Assembly (NCBI GenBank): GCA_965203905.1
Contig: CBDBDQ010000005.1
Coordinates: forward strand, 5,504,001-5,568,000
Length of the DNA: 64,000 bases
Source: Spirochaetia bacterium
GTDB lineage: Bacteria; Spirochaetota; Spirochaetia; SZUA-6; Bin103
Direction: 5' to 3'
This document shows positions 17,888 through 26,424 of this stretch, one piece after another. The notes below the pieces were generated by a model. The model searched no databases. It was not told the origin of the DNA and saw only the letters and a program-made list of their open reading frames with translations. Position 1 is the stretch's first letter; each line of letters starts with the position of its first letter. Made by a program: the position numbers and the translations under genes.

Positions 17888-19527
17888 GGCTCGACCAGCA
17901 CCAGCCGGAAGCCGAGCACCGGCGTGCACCACGGCGCCGGCTGCGAGCCACGGGTATGCACCTTGACGACGCGTGGATCGGAGGTGAACGAGCCGCCGCG
18001 GACGACGCGACGGGTGCCGATCAGGAACCGTACATTTGTCTGGTAATCGGTGACGAAGTCACGAGCCAGCAGGTAGCGGGTGGGCGAGTACCAGTCGGCG
18101 GTCCACTCCCACACGCTGCCGAGCATGTCGCGCAGCCCGTAGCCGTTGGGTGGCGACTGTCCCACCGGCAGGAGGCCCGCTTCCGGGGCTCCCAGGTGGC
18201 CGGCGGGCGGCTCGGAGCCGCGCGGGAAGGGTGCTCCCTCCAGCCCGCCACGCGCCGCGTACTCCCACTCCGGCTCGAACGGCAGCCGCACCAGCCAGCG
18301 GCCGCCTCCCGGTGCCGGCGGCAGCTGCTCGCCAAGCCAGGCCGCGAATGCCTCGGCGGCAAAGGCGGAGAGGTACACTACCGGCTCGTCCTCGCGGCCC
18401 GCCGGGGGGCGGCCGTCGTCCCAGTCGGCCAGGTAGTCCTCGGCTACCAGGCCGCGCGCCGCCAGTGCTGCCCGGTTGGCGGGAGCCCACTCGGGCACGG
18501 CCGCCAGGAAACGTGCGTACGCCTCCTTCGTGACCTCGCGTTCCTGCATGTAGAACGGGCCCAGTGCCACCGCGTGGGGCCACGCCGCGAACGGCAGCGC
18601 GGGATCGGAGAGCTCCGCGAGGCGAACGGAATCTCCCATCACGTAGCCGCCTCCGGGGATGCGATGGAACACCATGCCCGCAGCTTCGATTACCGGAGCC
18701 GGGGGAGTGGCCGGCGAGGTGGCTGCCGCCGCAGCGTTGCTCGCCCTGCGGTGATGGCGGACCGCGGCGTCGTACCAGGGGGTGGCGACCAGTTCGCCTG
18801 AGGCGCGGGCCGGAAGCAGTGCGGCGAACCACAAGGGCAGTCCGGGATACTCGCCGTCGAGCCGCGCCAGGTCGCGCAGCAGGCGCTGCAGTCCCGGCGG
18901 GGAGAGGGGGCTGCCGCCCGCGCTGAGCTGGCCGTGGGCCGCGATGAGAGCCGCCAGCCCCGCCTGGTCTTCGATCAGCAACATGGCGTTGTGCAGGAAG
19001 CTGCGTGCCAGTTCCGGAGGCAGCCCGGGGGTCGCGAGGTCGGCGGCGGCGTCGGTGATGATGCGCGCGATGGCGGGGCTCTGCGCCAGGTCGAGCAGCG
19101 CGGCTCGCGCCAGGGCCGGGGGTTCCTCGATCCGAAGCGCCAGATGATGGCTCGCGCGGCGCGGGAACGGCCAGCTCAGGAGCAGCCGGCCGCCTACCTC
19201 GAGCTGTTCTTCCCGGGGCTGAAAGTGTTCCTTCGACAGGAGCACGGTGCGCCGGCCCGCGGCTACGCGCGTGGTCACCGGCGTGGTACCGGCGAAACGG
19301 CCGTCGAGGTACACCGCGGCACCCGGCGGAGAGGACGAGAAGGTGATCAGCGAGCCGTTGAAACGCAGACCGGGATATACCGCCACCAGGAACAGCAGCG
19401 CCAGGAGCGCAGCACCGTAGAGCAGGGTGAGATAGGTGCCGGGAGCTACGCCGGCGATGGGCCGCAGGCGAACCGCGTGGTCCGCTGGCGCGGGGCCGTG
19501 AAGCGGCCGGTTGCGCTGGTCTGCCAT
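17884..19527 (-). CDS. Membrane-anchored PEGA plus SUMF1/FGE-sulfatase-domain protein (non-catalytic type)
   Basis: N-terminal TM segment. PEGA motif S.PPGA.VYLDG...G.TP. FGE motifs EVT, RLP.E.EWEYAARGG, PNGYGL.DM.G.VWEW, RGGSF and GFRLV. The FGE catalytic Cys pair is absent after RGGSF. Confidence 0.85.
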   Translation of the reverse strand: MADQRNRPLHGPAPADHAVRLRPIAGVAPGTYLTLLYGAALLALLFLVAVYPGLRFNGSLITFSSSPPGAAVYLDGRFAGTTPVTTRVAAGRRTVLLSKEHFQPREEQLEVGGRLLLSWPFPRRASHHLALRIEEPPALARAALLDLAQSPAIARIITDAAADLATPGLPPELARSFLHNAMLLIEDQAGLAALIAAHGQLSAGGSPLSPPGLQRLLRDLARLDGEYPGLPLWFAALLPARASGELVATPWYDAAVRHHRRASNAAAAATSPATPPAPVIEAAGMVFHRIPGGGYVMGDSVRLAELSDPALPFAAWPHAVALGPFYMQEREVTKEAYARFLAAVPEWAPANRAALAARGLVAEDYLADWDDGRPPAGREDEPVVYLSAFAAEAFAAWLGEQLPPAPGGGRWLVRLPFEPEWEYAARGGLEGAPFPRGSEPPAGHLGAPEAGLLPVGQSPPNGYGLRDMLGSVWEWTADWYSPTRYLLARDFVTDYQTNVRFLIGTRRVVRGGSFTSDPRVVKVHTRGSQPAPWCTPVLGFRLVLVEP

Positions 19528-19630
19528 GGAAGGCGAGCATAGGGGTTTTGCTGGAACGCCGACAACCGCCTGGACGCGCCCGCCGCGGCTCGCCGCAAGC
19601 GCGTGGTACTGCATTTGCCGGCCAAGGACG

Positions 19631-19660
19631 TTGCCGAGTCCGGGGCGGTTCGACTACTCT
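19631..19660 (+). promoter_or_regulatory. Candidate sigma70 promoter for lepB (TTGCCG-N18-TACTCT)
   Basis: Both hexamers read directly. The GTG start lies 7 nt downstream. Confidence 0.5.
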
Positions 19661-19667
19661 CGGTCGC

Positions 19668-20693
19668 GTGGATGGCAAGTCGCGCCAGCGGCAGGTCCGC
19701 GGTCGCGCGCGTGGATGGCAGCGTTGGCAAACCGGGGTGGTCGGCGTCACCGAGCGCTACCTGTCGTGGCGGCGGCGGCGGCGTATCCGTCGCAAGATAC
19801 GGCAGCAACGCAAGAACCCGATACTGGACTGGGCCGAGGCGATCGGGTCCGCCATCCTCATCGTGCTGCTGATCAACCAGTTCCTGCTGCAGGCGTACCG
19901 CATTCCCTCCGAGTCGATGGTGCCCACCCTGTTGGTGGGGGACCGCATCTTCGTCAACAAGGTGATCTTCGGCCCCGAACTGGTGCCGGGCGCGGTGAAG
20001 CTGCCCAGTCCGCGGACTCCGCGCCGCGGCGAGGTGATCATTTTCGAGAATCCCACCTACGCGCCGGTGGGTCCGCTGATGGACCTGCTGCAGCGCGTCA
20101 TCTACATGGCCACGCTGTCGATCGTCAACATCGACACCGACGAGCAGGGACGGCCGCGTGCCCACTTCCTGATAAAACGCGCCATCGGCATGCCCGGCGA
20201 CCGCATCCGCCTGCAGGATGGCAGCGTTGAGATCAAGGTCGGCGGGGCCGGACCGTGGATGCCGGAACGGGAACTGATGCAGCAGCTCGGCCTGCCCTAC
20301 AGTGTGTCACGCCTGTTTCCGGAGGAACGCTATCCGGACCTGCGCCGGGCCGCGGTCGCCCGCGTGCGAGCCGCGGCCGGGATGGCCGTGTCGGCCGCCG
20401 ACCGGGCGGCGGTGGAGCGCATCCGCCAGGTGCGCTGGCTCGACTACAGCTACTCGAACACCTGGATCGTACGGGCCCGCTACGAGCTCGATCCTCACAA
20501 CCACTCCCTGGGACGCGATTGGAGCCGTTTGCAGCATGGCTGGCTGGTTCCCTCCGACACCTTCATGCCGATGGGCGACAACCGCGACGATTCGCGCGAC
20601 AGCCGCGACTTCGGCCCGGTGCCGTTGCGCAAGGTGCTCGGCCGCGGGCTGTTCCACTACTGGCCGCCGTCGCGCTGGGGCGCGGTGCGCTGA
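19668..20693 (+). CDS. lepB: Signal peptidase I
   Basis: Motifs IPSESM.PTL..GDR, IKRAIG.PGD, MGDNRD.S.DSR.FG and WP. Confidence 0.95.
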   Translation: MDGKSRQRQVRGRARGWQRWQTGVVGVTERYLSWRRRRRIRRKIRQQRKNPILDWAEAIGSAILIVLLINQFLLQAYRIPSESMVPTLLVGDRIFVNKVIFGPELVPGAVKLPSPRTPRRGEVIIFENPTYAPVGPLMDLLQRVIYMATLSIVNIDTDEQGRPRAHFLIKRAIGMPGDRIRLQDGSVEIKVGGAGPWMPERELMQQLGLPYSVSRLFPEERYPDLRRAAVARVRAAAGMAVSAADRAAVERIRQVRWLDYSYSNTWIVRARYELDPHNHSLGRDWSRLQHGWLVPSDTFMPMGDNRDDSRDSRDFGPVPLRKVLGRGLFHYWPPSRWGAVR

Positions 20694-20778
20694 CCCGTAC
20701 TCCGAGGGCGAGGCACTGACCCGCCTGCCCGAACCCGGCCCGGCTCACCAGCATCGCGTCCAGACCGGTCCCGCCCCC

Positions 20779-21984
20779 GTGGCGTACTACGTGCACGTGC
20801 CGTTCTGTGCTGCGCATTGCTGGTACTGCGACTACCCGATACTGGTGGGAAACCTGGACCTGGCCCGGCCGCTGGTGGGCGCGCTGCTGGCCGAAGCACG
20901 CGCACTGCGTGCCGCGATGCCGGAGCGAGCGGTGGCGGCGTTGTACCTCGGCGGCGGCACCCCCAGCCGGCTGCCGCGGCCGCAGTTGTGGCGCCTGCTG
21001 GCGGGGCTGGCCGCAGCGCTGGTGGCGGACGGCGCCGGCGGCAAGGTCCCGGAGTGGACCCTGGAGGCGAACCCGGAGGACCTGGACGAGGAGTTGCTGC
21101 AGTTGTGCGGAGCGGCCGGAGTCAACCGTTTGTCGGTGGGCGCCCAGACGTTCGAAGACCGGCTGCTGCAGCGACTGGGACGCCGCTGCGACGGCCGCAC
21201 GCTCAGCGCCCGACTGGAGCTGCTGGCGCGGCACTGGCACGGCCGGCTCAACGTCGACCTGCTGGCGGGCGTACCGGGCCAGCGGCCGGCGGCGGTGACC
21301 GGGGCGGTGGACCGGCTTGCGGCCATGGGGATCGATCACGTGACCCTGCTGCAGTTGGAGGACCCGCCACCGGGCGGCCCGCTGCCGGCGGCCGACGCGG
21401 ACGCGTTGTGGCTGGCCGGCCGCGAACGGCTCGGTCGCCACGGCTACCGCCAGTACGAGGTGACCCACTTCGGCCGCCATGGCGACCGCTCGCGGTACCT
21501 GCGGCACGCATCGTTGCTGCGGCCGGTGGCCGGCATCGGGCCGGGAGCCGCCGGCACCCTGCCGGTGGCCGTGGGTGCCGCCGTCTACCGGGTGCCGCCG
21601 CCCACGGCCGCCGGCGCCTTGCACGTGGGGCACGCCGCGGAGATTGCACCCTACCTCGCCGCCAGCGGCCGGGACTGGGGTGCCGCCGTGACGGCGCCCA
21701 CGGCCACGGAGTTGCTCGGTGAGTTTCTGCTGCAAGGATTGCGCCTGGCCGAGGGAGTGGAAGCCGGTCCGCCCTGGTTCTCGCCTCCCCCCAGGGACTT
21801 GCTGGCGCCGTTGTGGGAGCGGTGGGCGCAACGCGGCCTGGCGCTGCCGTCGGGCCGGCGCCTGGCGCTGACGGCGCGCGGGCGCCTGCAGCTCGATCGC
21901 CTGGCGGCGCAGGCGCTGGCGCACGTCGGTGCGGCGCGGGACGCGGCCGTGCTTACCGCGGCTTGGCCCGACGGTGACGGCTGA
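20779..21984 (+). CDS. hemW: HemW/HemN-like radical SAM protein (start uncertain; CTG at 20716 is an alternative)
   Basis: Motifs YVHVPFCAAHCWYCD (CxxxCxxC preceded by His), GGGTPS, EANPE, NRLSVG.Q and YE. Confidence 0.8.
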   Translation: MAYYVHVPFCAAHCWYCDYPILVGNLDLARPLVGALLAEARALRAAMPERAVAALYLGGGTPSRLPRPQLWRLLAGLAAALVADGAGGKVPEWTLEANPEDLDEELLQLCGAAGVNRLSVGAQTFEDRLLQRLGRRCDGRTLSARLELLARHWHGRLNVDLLAGVPGQRPAAVTGAVDRLAAMGIDHVTLLQLEDPPPGGPLPAADADALWLAGRERLGRHGYRQYEVTHFGRHGDRSRYLRHASLLRPVAGIGPGAAGTLPVAVGAAVYRVPPPTAAGALHVGHAAEIAPYLAASGRDWGAAVTAPTATELLGEFLLQGLRLAEGVEAGPPWFSPPPRDLLAPLWERWAQRGLALPSGRRLALTARGRLQLDRLAAQALAHVGAARDAAVLTAAWPDGDG

Positions 21985-22000
21985 TCGCGGCTGCGCACGC

Positions 22001-23281
22001 CTATCCGGCGCGGGCGGTGAAGCGCCGCTCCCCGCGGCCCAGGGGCAGCAGCGCCAGGGTGCCGACCACGACGAAACCGATGGCGATCCAGGCTACCAGG
22101 GGTGCCCCCGCCTGGCTGGCGACGCGGATCCCGATGGTGGCGCCGAGGATCATGCGCATGCCGGTGGCGAAGGTGTGCACCGACATGTAGGCCGCGGTGC
22201 GGTCGCGATCGGCAAAGCGGGTGACCCACAGGTTCCAGGCGAGCAGACCGCCCGCACTGAACGCTCCCATGAGTGCCGAGCCGATCAACACCGCCGGTAC
22301 GCTGTGAAACTGGAAGAACAGCGCAATGCCGGCCACCGTGAACAGGTTCAGGGCTACCCGCACTGCCACGAAGTTGTAACGGTCGAACAGGTTGGCCCAT
22401 ATCGGTGTGAACAGCAGGCGCATGATGTCCGGCACCGTGCCGGCGATGAACGCGACCTGCACCGCCGGCAGGTCGAACCCGTACTGCGGCTCGGTGAGAT
22501 ACAGGATCCGCAACGGCGCCACCAGCAGGCTGCCGAAGCCGAACAGGAACCAGGCACCCACCGTCAGACCGAACGTGCGATCGCGCCACAACAGGGCAAG
22601 CGCCGCCAGCGGTGAAATCGCGGCGGCGGCCGGAGCGCGCCGCCGCCAGCGGCGCACCGGCACGAACAGCAGAGCGCCGGCGGCGAGCAGGTTGGCGCCG
22701 CCGTAAGCTGCCACCACCCAGCGGTAGCCGGCCGCGGACTGTTCCAGGATGGCGCCGCCGGCCACGTGGAACAGTGCCGAGCCCAGCATGGCCAACACCA
22801 GCCCCACGGCCAACAGCCGGCCGCGCAGGCGGGCGGGGTAGTTCTCCTTGATGATGGAGGTGTAGAGGGGCAGCGTGACGGCCCCGGTGGCGGCAGCGGG
22901 GATCAGCCACAGCACATGCCAGGTGAGGGAACTCGCGAGCGCCGAACCGCCGAATCCGAGCGCTGCCAGGGCCAGCGCCGCCGCCGCCACCACATTGCGC
23001 CGCAGCGGAATGCGTGCCAGGTAGGAGACGACCAGCAACGCGGCGACCAGGCCGAAGGCCTGCGGCAGCGAGACCAGGGTCTTGACCGTGTCGCCGGCGG
23101 CGAAGTGGCGCACCACGATCAACAGGAAGAACGTCTTGGGGCCGGTCTCGAGGACGCCGAAGGCGAAACTGCGAATCGAATCGAACAGCAGCGTCCGCCG
23201 GGCCAGGGGAGGCACCCGCCTGCCGCGCGCCGGCCGGCCGCGGGCGGGACCGCCACCGGCGGCAGATACGGGCGAACCCAT
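22001..23281 (-). CDS. MFS transporter
   Basis: About 12 hydrophobic segments and the motif YPARLRGR. ATG at 23281. The longer ORF from 23629 is antisense to yebC. Confidence 0.8.
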   Translation of the reverse strand: MGSPVSAAGGGPARGRPARGRRVPPLARRTLLFDSIRSFAFGVLETGPKTFFLLIVVRHFAAGDTVKTLVSLPQAFGLVAALLVVSYLARIPLRRNVVAAAALALAALGFGGSALASSLTWHVLWLIPAAATGAVTLPLYTSIIKENYPARLRGRLLAVGLVLAMLGSALFHVAGGAILEQSAAGYRWVVAAYGGANLLAAGALLFVPVRRWRRRAPAAAAISPLAALALLWRDRTFGLTVGAWFLFGFGSLLVAPLRILYLTEPQYGFDLPAVQVAFIAGTVPDIMRLLFTPIWANLFDRYNFVAVRVALNLFTVAGIALFFQFHSVPAVLIGSALMGAFSAGGLLAWNLWVTRFADRDRTAAYMSVHTFATGMRMILGATIGIRVASQAGAPLVAWIAIGFVVVGTLALLPLGRGERRFTARAG

Positions 23282-23356
23282 GTTCGGGTTGCAGTGTACT
23301 GTGCGTCCGGCCCCTGCGCCAGATGCCGCTGGCGGCTGCTGTGCGGCTGGCCAGCG

Positions 23357-23386
23357 TTGACGTCCGGCAATGCGGCCTGCTACTGT
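23357..23386 (+). promoter_or_regulatory. Sigma70 promoter of yebC-ruvCAB-queA (TTGACG-N18-TACTGT, with extended TG)
   Basis: Both hexamers read directly. A GGGAG SD and TTG start follow. Confidence 0.6.
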
Positions 23387-23408
23387 GAGGCGGGGGGAGT
23401 GCAAGCTA

Positions 23409-24158
23409 TTGTCCGGCCACAGTAAATGGCATTCGATCCGGCACAAGAAGGGCGCCACGGACGCCAAGCGCGGCAAGATGTTCACCAAGCTGATCAAGGA
23501 GATCACCGTAGCCGCGCGCCTCGGCGGGGGAGATTCCGACGCCAATCCGCGCCTGCGTACCGCGGTCATTAAGGCCCGCGACGCCAACATGCCGCGTGAC
23601 AACATCGACCGTGCCATCAAGAAGGGCACCGGCGGCGGCGAGGGTACCGACTTTCAGGAGCTGCTCTACGAGGCCTACGGACCGGGTGGGGTGGCCTTGC
23701 TCATCGAGGTCATGACCGACAACAAGAACCGGTCGGCGGCCGAGATTCGCAACATCCTCACCAAGGGGGGCGGTAATCTCGGAGAGTCGGGATCCGTATC
23801 TTATCTCTTTTCTCGTAAAGGTATTATAGCATTTCCTTCCGAGCGTTACAACGAAGACCAGATCATGGAGGTGGTGCTGGAGGGCGGCGCCGAGGACGTG
23901 TCCGCCGACTCCGATACCATCGAGGTGCTCACCGAACCGGAGGACTTTCATGCCACCCTCGACGTGGTGGGCCAGGCCGGCCTGGAGCACGCCATGGCCG
24001 AGATATCGTGGGTCGCCGAGGCCAGCATCCCCTTGCAGGGGGGCAAGGCGCAGAGTGCCGTACGGCTCATCGAGACCCTGGAAGACCACGACGACGTGCA
24101 ACAGGTGTCCACCAACATGGAGGCGCCGGAGCAGGTTGCCGTCGCAGAGTCGTCGTAG
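23409..24158 (+). CDS. yebC: YebC/PmpR family protein
   Basis: Motifs (M)SGHSKW..I.HKKG..DAKRGK, YE.YGPGG and TDNKNR. TTG start. Confidence 0.97.
   Translation: MSGHSKWHSIRHKKGATDAKRGKMFTKLIKEITVAARLGGGDSDANPRLRTAVIKARDANMPRDNIDRAIKKGTGGGEGTDFQELLYEAYGPGGVALLIEVMTDNKNRSAAEIRNILTKGGGNLGESGSVSYLFSRKGIIAFPSERYNEDQIMEVVLEGGAEDVSADSDTIEVLTEPEDFHATLDVVGQAGLEHAMAEISWVAEASIPLQGGKAQSAVRLIETLEDHDDVQQVSTNMEAPEQVAVAESS
23823..23851 (-). promoter_or_regulatory. Antisense sigma70 promoter inside yebC (TTGTAA-N17-TATAAT, with extended TG)
   Basis: The minus strand reads TTGTAA cgctcggaaggaaatgc TATAAT within an AT-rich synonymous-codon patch. Confidence 0.65.
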
Positions 24159-24224
24159 CGGCGAGCCGCGCGGCTCCAGGCGGCCGTATGCCGAGTGGCA
24201 TGAGGCCGCGGGGATAGGTCCGGC

Positions 24225-24734
24225 GTGAACGTGGTACTGGGAATCGATCCCGGCCTGGCTGCGACCGGCTACGGCGTGCTGGAGGTCCGGGGCAGCCGGG
24301 TACGGAGGATCGCCTCCGGCGTGATCCGCACGCCCGCCGGGGCCGAGCATGGCAGCCGCCTGCTCTCCCTGAGCGAACGGCTGCGTGCCCTCGTCACCGA
24401 GTATCGGCCTGACGAGGCGGCCATCGAGGAGTTGTTCTTCTCCAAGAACGTCCGCTCCGCACTTCCCGTGGCTCAGGCCCGGGGAGTGATCATCCTGGTG
24501 CTGACACAGTGCGGCGTCGCCTGTAGCGAGTACTCACCCGGAACGGTGAAGCTGGCGGTGGCGGGCCACAGTCGGGCGCCGAAGGGACAGATTGTCCGCT
24601 CGGTTCGCCTGGTGTTGGGGCTCGACGAAGAGCCTGGCAGCGACCACAGCGCCGACGCGCTCGCGGTCGCCCTCTGTCACGTACAGCATGCGCCGGTGCG
24701 GGCCGCGGTCGCCCGCGCCGGCGCGGCTCGCTAG
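24225..24734 (+). CDS. ruvC: Holliday junction resolvase RuvC
   Basis: Motifs LGIDPG, AIEELFF, ARGV and DH.ADALAVA.CH. Confidence 0.96.
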   Translation: MNVVLGIDPGLAATGYGVLEVRGSRVRRIASGVIRTPAGAEHGSRLLSLSERLRALVTEYRPDEAAIEELFFSKNVRSALPVAQARGVIILVLTQCGVACSEYSPGTVKLAVAGHSRAPKGQIVRSVRLVLGLDEEPGSDHSADALAVALCHVQHAPVRAAVARAGAAR

Positions 24735-24740
24735 CAGCCG

Positions 24741-25388
24741 ATGTGGAACAGTGTCAGCGGGCGCCTGACCCACAAGGGGATCGAAGTCGCACATGTCCTG
24801 ACCGGCGGTCTGGAGTGGGAGCTGCACACTTCCGCGCGCAGCCTGGAGGCGCTGCCGGCGCCGGGCGAAGACGTTACCATGTACACCTATCTGTACCACC
24901 GCGACGATCAGATGCGGCTGTACGGCTTCGCCAGCCGGGCGGAACGCAACCTGTTCCTCGATCTGCTGCGGGTCGACGGCGTAGGACCGCGGCTGGTGAT
25001 CCGCATTCTCTCGGGGATCGACGCCAACGAACTGGTGCAGGCGCTGGAGGGGAACGACCTGGTGCGCCTGGTGCAGATTCCCGGGCTGGGCAACAAGACG
25101 GCGCAGAAGATGGTGCTCGCCCTGCAGGGCAAGCTCACCATGCCGCCGGCGAGCTCGTCGGCGGCGCCGGGACTGGAGGCCGACATCACGGCGGCGCTCA
25201 CCGGGATGGGCTTCGGCCGCCGCGAGGCGCGGGACGCGGTACGCGCCGTCCTCCGGGAGACCGCGGAGTTCGCCGGCAGCGGCGCCGAACGCGAGCAGGA
25301 AGTGCTGCGGCGGGCGGTGGCGCGCCTCAGCTCGCTGACCAGCGAGCGGGCCGCGCCCGGCGCCGACCCGGGCCGCGGCAGTGGCTGA
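24741..25388 (+). CDS. ruvA: Holliday junction DNA-binding protein RuvA
   Basis: Motifs LYGF, L.VDGVGP, IPGLG.KTA and ALTGMGF. Confidence 0.95.
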   Translation: MWNSVSGRLTHKGIEVAHVLTGGLEWELHTSARSLEALPAPGEDVTMYTYLYHRDDQMRLYGFASRAERNLFLDLLRVDGVGPRLVIRILSGIDANELVQALEGNDLVRLVQIPGLGNKTAQKMVLALQGKLTMPPASSSAAPGLEADITAALTGMGFGRREARDAVRAVLRETAEFAGSGAEREQEVLRRAVARLSSLTSERAAPGADPGRGSG

Positions 25389-26424
25389 CCGCACGGTCGG
25401 CGGCGACTACCTGCCGGAGACGGATGCCGACGAGGCGAGTCTGCGGCCGGTACGGCTGGGCGACTTCATTGGCCAGGAGCGCCTGTGCGAGAACCTCGGC
25501 GTGTTCATCACCGCCGCGCGCGGGCGGCGCGAGAGCCTGGATCACGTGTTCTTCAGCGGTCCGCCGGGACTCGGCAAGACCACCCTGGCCGCCATCATCG
25601 CCAATGAGATGGGGGTGGAGTTGCACTCCACCTCCGCACCCGCCCTGGAGAAAACCGGCGACCTGGTCGCGATCCTGACCCAGACCGGCGCCCACAACGT
25701 GTTCTTCATCGACGAGATCCATCGCCTGCGGCCACCGATCGAGGAATTGCTGTACACCGCCATGGAGGACAACGAGATCGACGTCGTGGTGGGACAGGGC
25801 CCCGGTGCCCGCTCCATCAAGATCCCGCTGCCGCCGTTCACCCTGGTCGGCGCCACTACCAAGACCGGGCTGGTGTCGGGCCCGCTGTACTCCCGCTTCG
25901 GCATTACCATGCGCCTCGATTTCTACGAGCCGCCCGAAATCGCGGCCATCGTGCGCCGCTCGGCCGGGATCCTGCAGGTGGAGCTGGACGGTGGCGCGGT
26001 GAAGCGGCTGGCGCAGTGCTCCCGCGGCACGCCGCGGGTCGCCAACCGGCTGGTGCGGCGCATGCGCGACTTCGCCCAGGTATGGGGCGACGGCACCATT
26101 TCACCGCAGATCGTGAAGCGCGGTCTGGAGGCGCTGGAGGTGGACGACTACGGGCTGGACAAGCTGGACCGCGAGATCCTCGACACCATCATCTCCAAGT
26201 ACGACGGCGGGCCGGTGGGATCGGAGACCCTGGCCATCTCCATCAGCGAGGCGGTCGATACCCTGGAGGATGTCTACGAGCCCTACCTGATTCAGCGCGG
26301 CTTCCTGCAGCGTACCGCGCGCGGCCGCGTGGTGACGCGGCTGGCCTACGAGCACCTCGGCTATCCGCCGCCCGGCGGCGGGTCCCGCGACGACGGCGAT
26401 GGAGACCAGCAGGTTCTGTTTTGA
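25381..26424 (+). CDS. ruvB: Holliday junction branch migration helicase RuvB
   Basis: Motifs LRP..L.DFIGQ, GPPGLGKTT, FIDEIHR and RGTPR.ANR. Confidence 0.98.
   Translation: MADRTVGGDYLPETDADEASLRPVRLGDFIGQERLCENLGVFITAARGRRESLDHVFFSGPPGLGKTTLAAIIANEMGVELHSTSAPALEKTGDLVAILTQTGAHNVFFIDEIHRLRPPIEELLYTAMEDNEIDVVVGQGPGARSIKIPLPPFTLVGATTKTGLVSGPLYSRFGITMRLDFYEPPEIAAIVRRSAGILQVELDGGAVKRLAQCSRGTPRVANRLVRRMRDFAQVWGDGTISPQIVKRGLEALEVDDYGLDKLDREILDTIISKYDGGPVGSETLAISISEAVDTLEDVYEPYLIQRGFLQRTARGRVVTRLAYEHLGYPPPGGGSRDDGDGDQQVLF

Noticed and set aside
17884-18060. FGE/CLec-fold C-terminus as a DGR variable region
   Set aside because: No template repeat or reverse transcriptase is visible, and the gene sits in a core position next to smpB.
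23282-23629. N-terminal extension of the MFS ORF
   Set aside because: It overlaps yebC on the opposite strand; the real start is more likely at 23281.
23800-23835. AT-rich patch in yebC as a dif/Xer site
   Set aside because: The ATAA and TTAC halves are separated by 5 bp rather than 6, and the XerD arm matches poorly. A promoter fits better.
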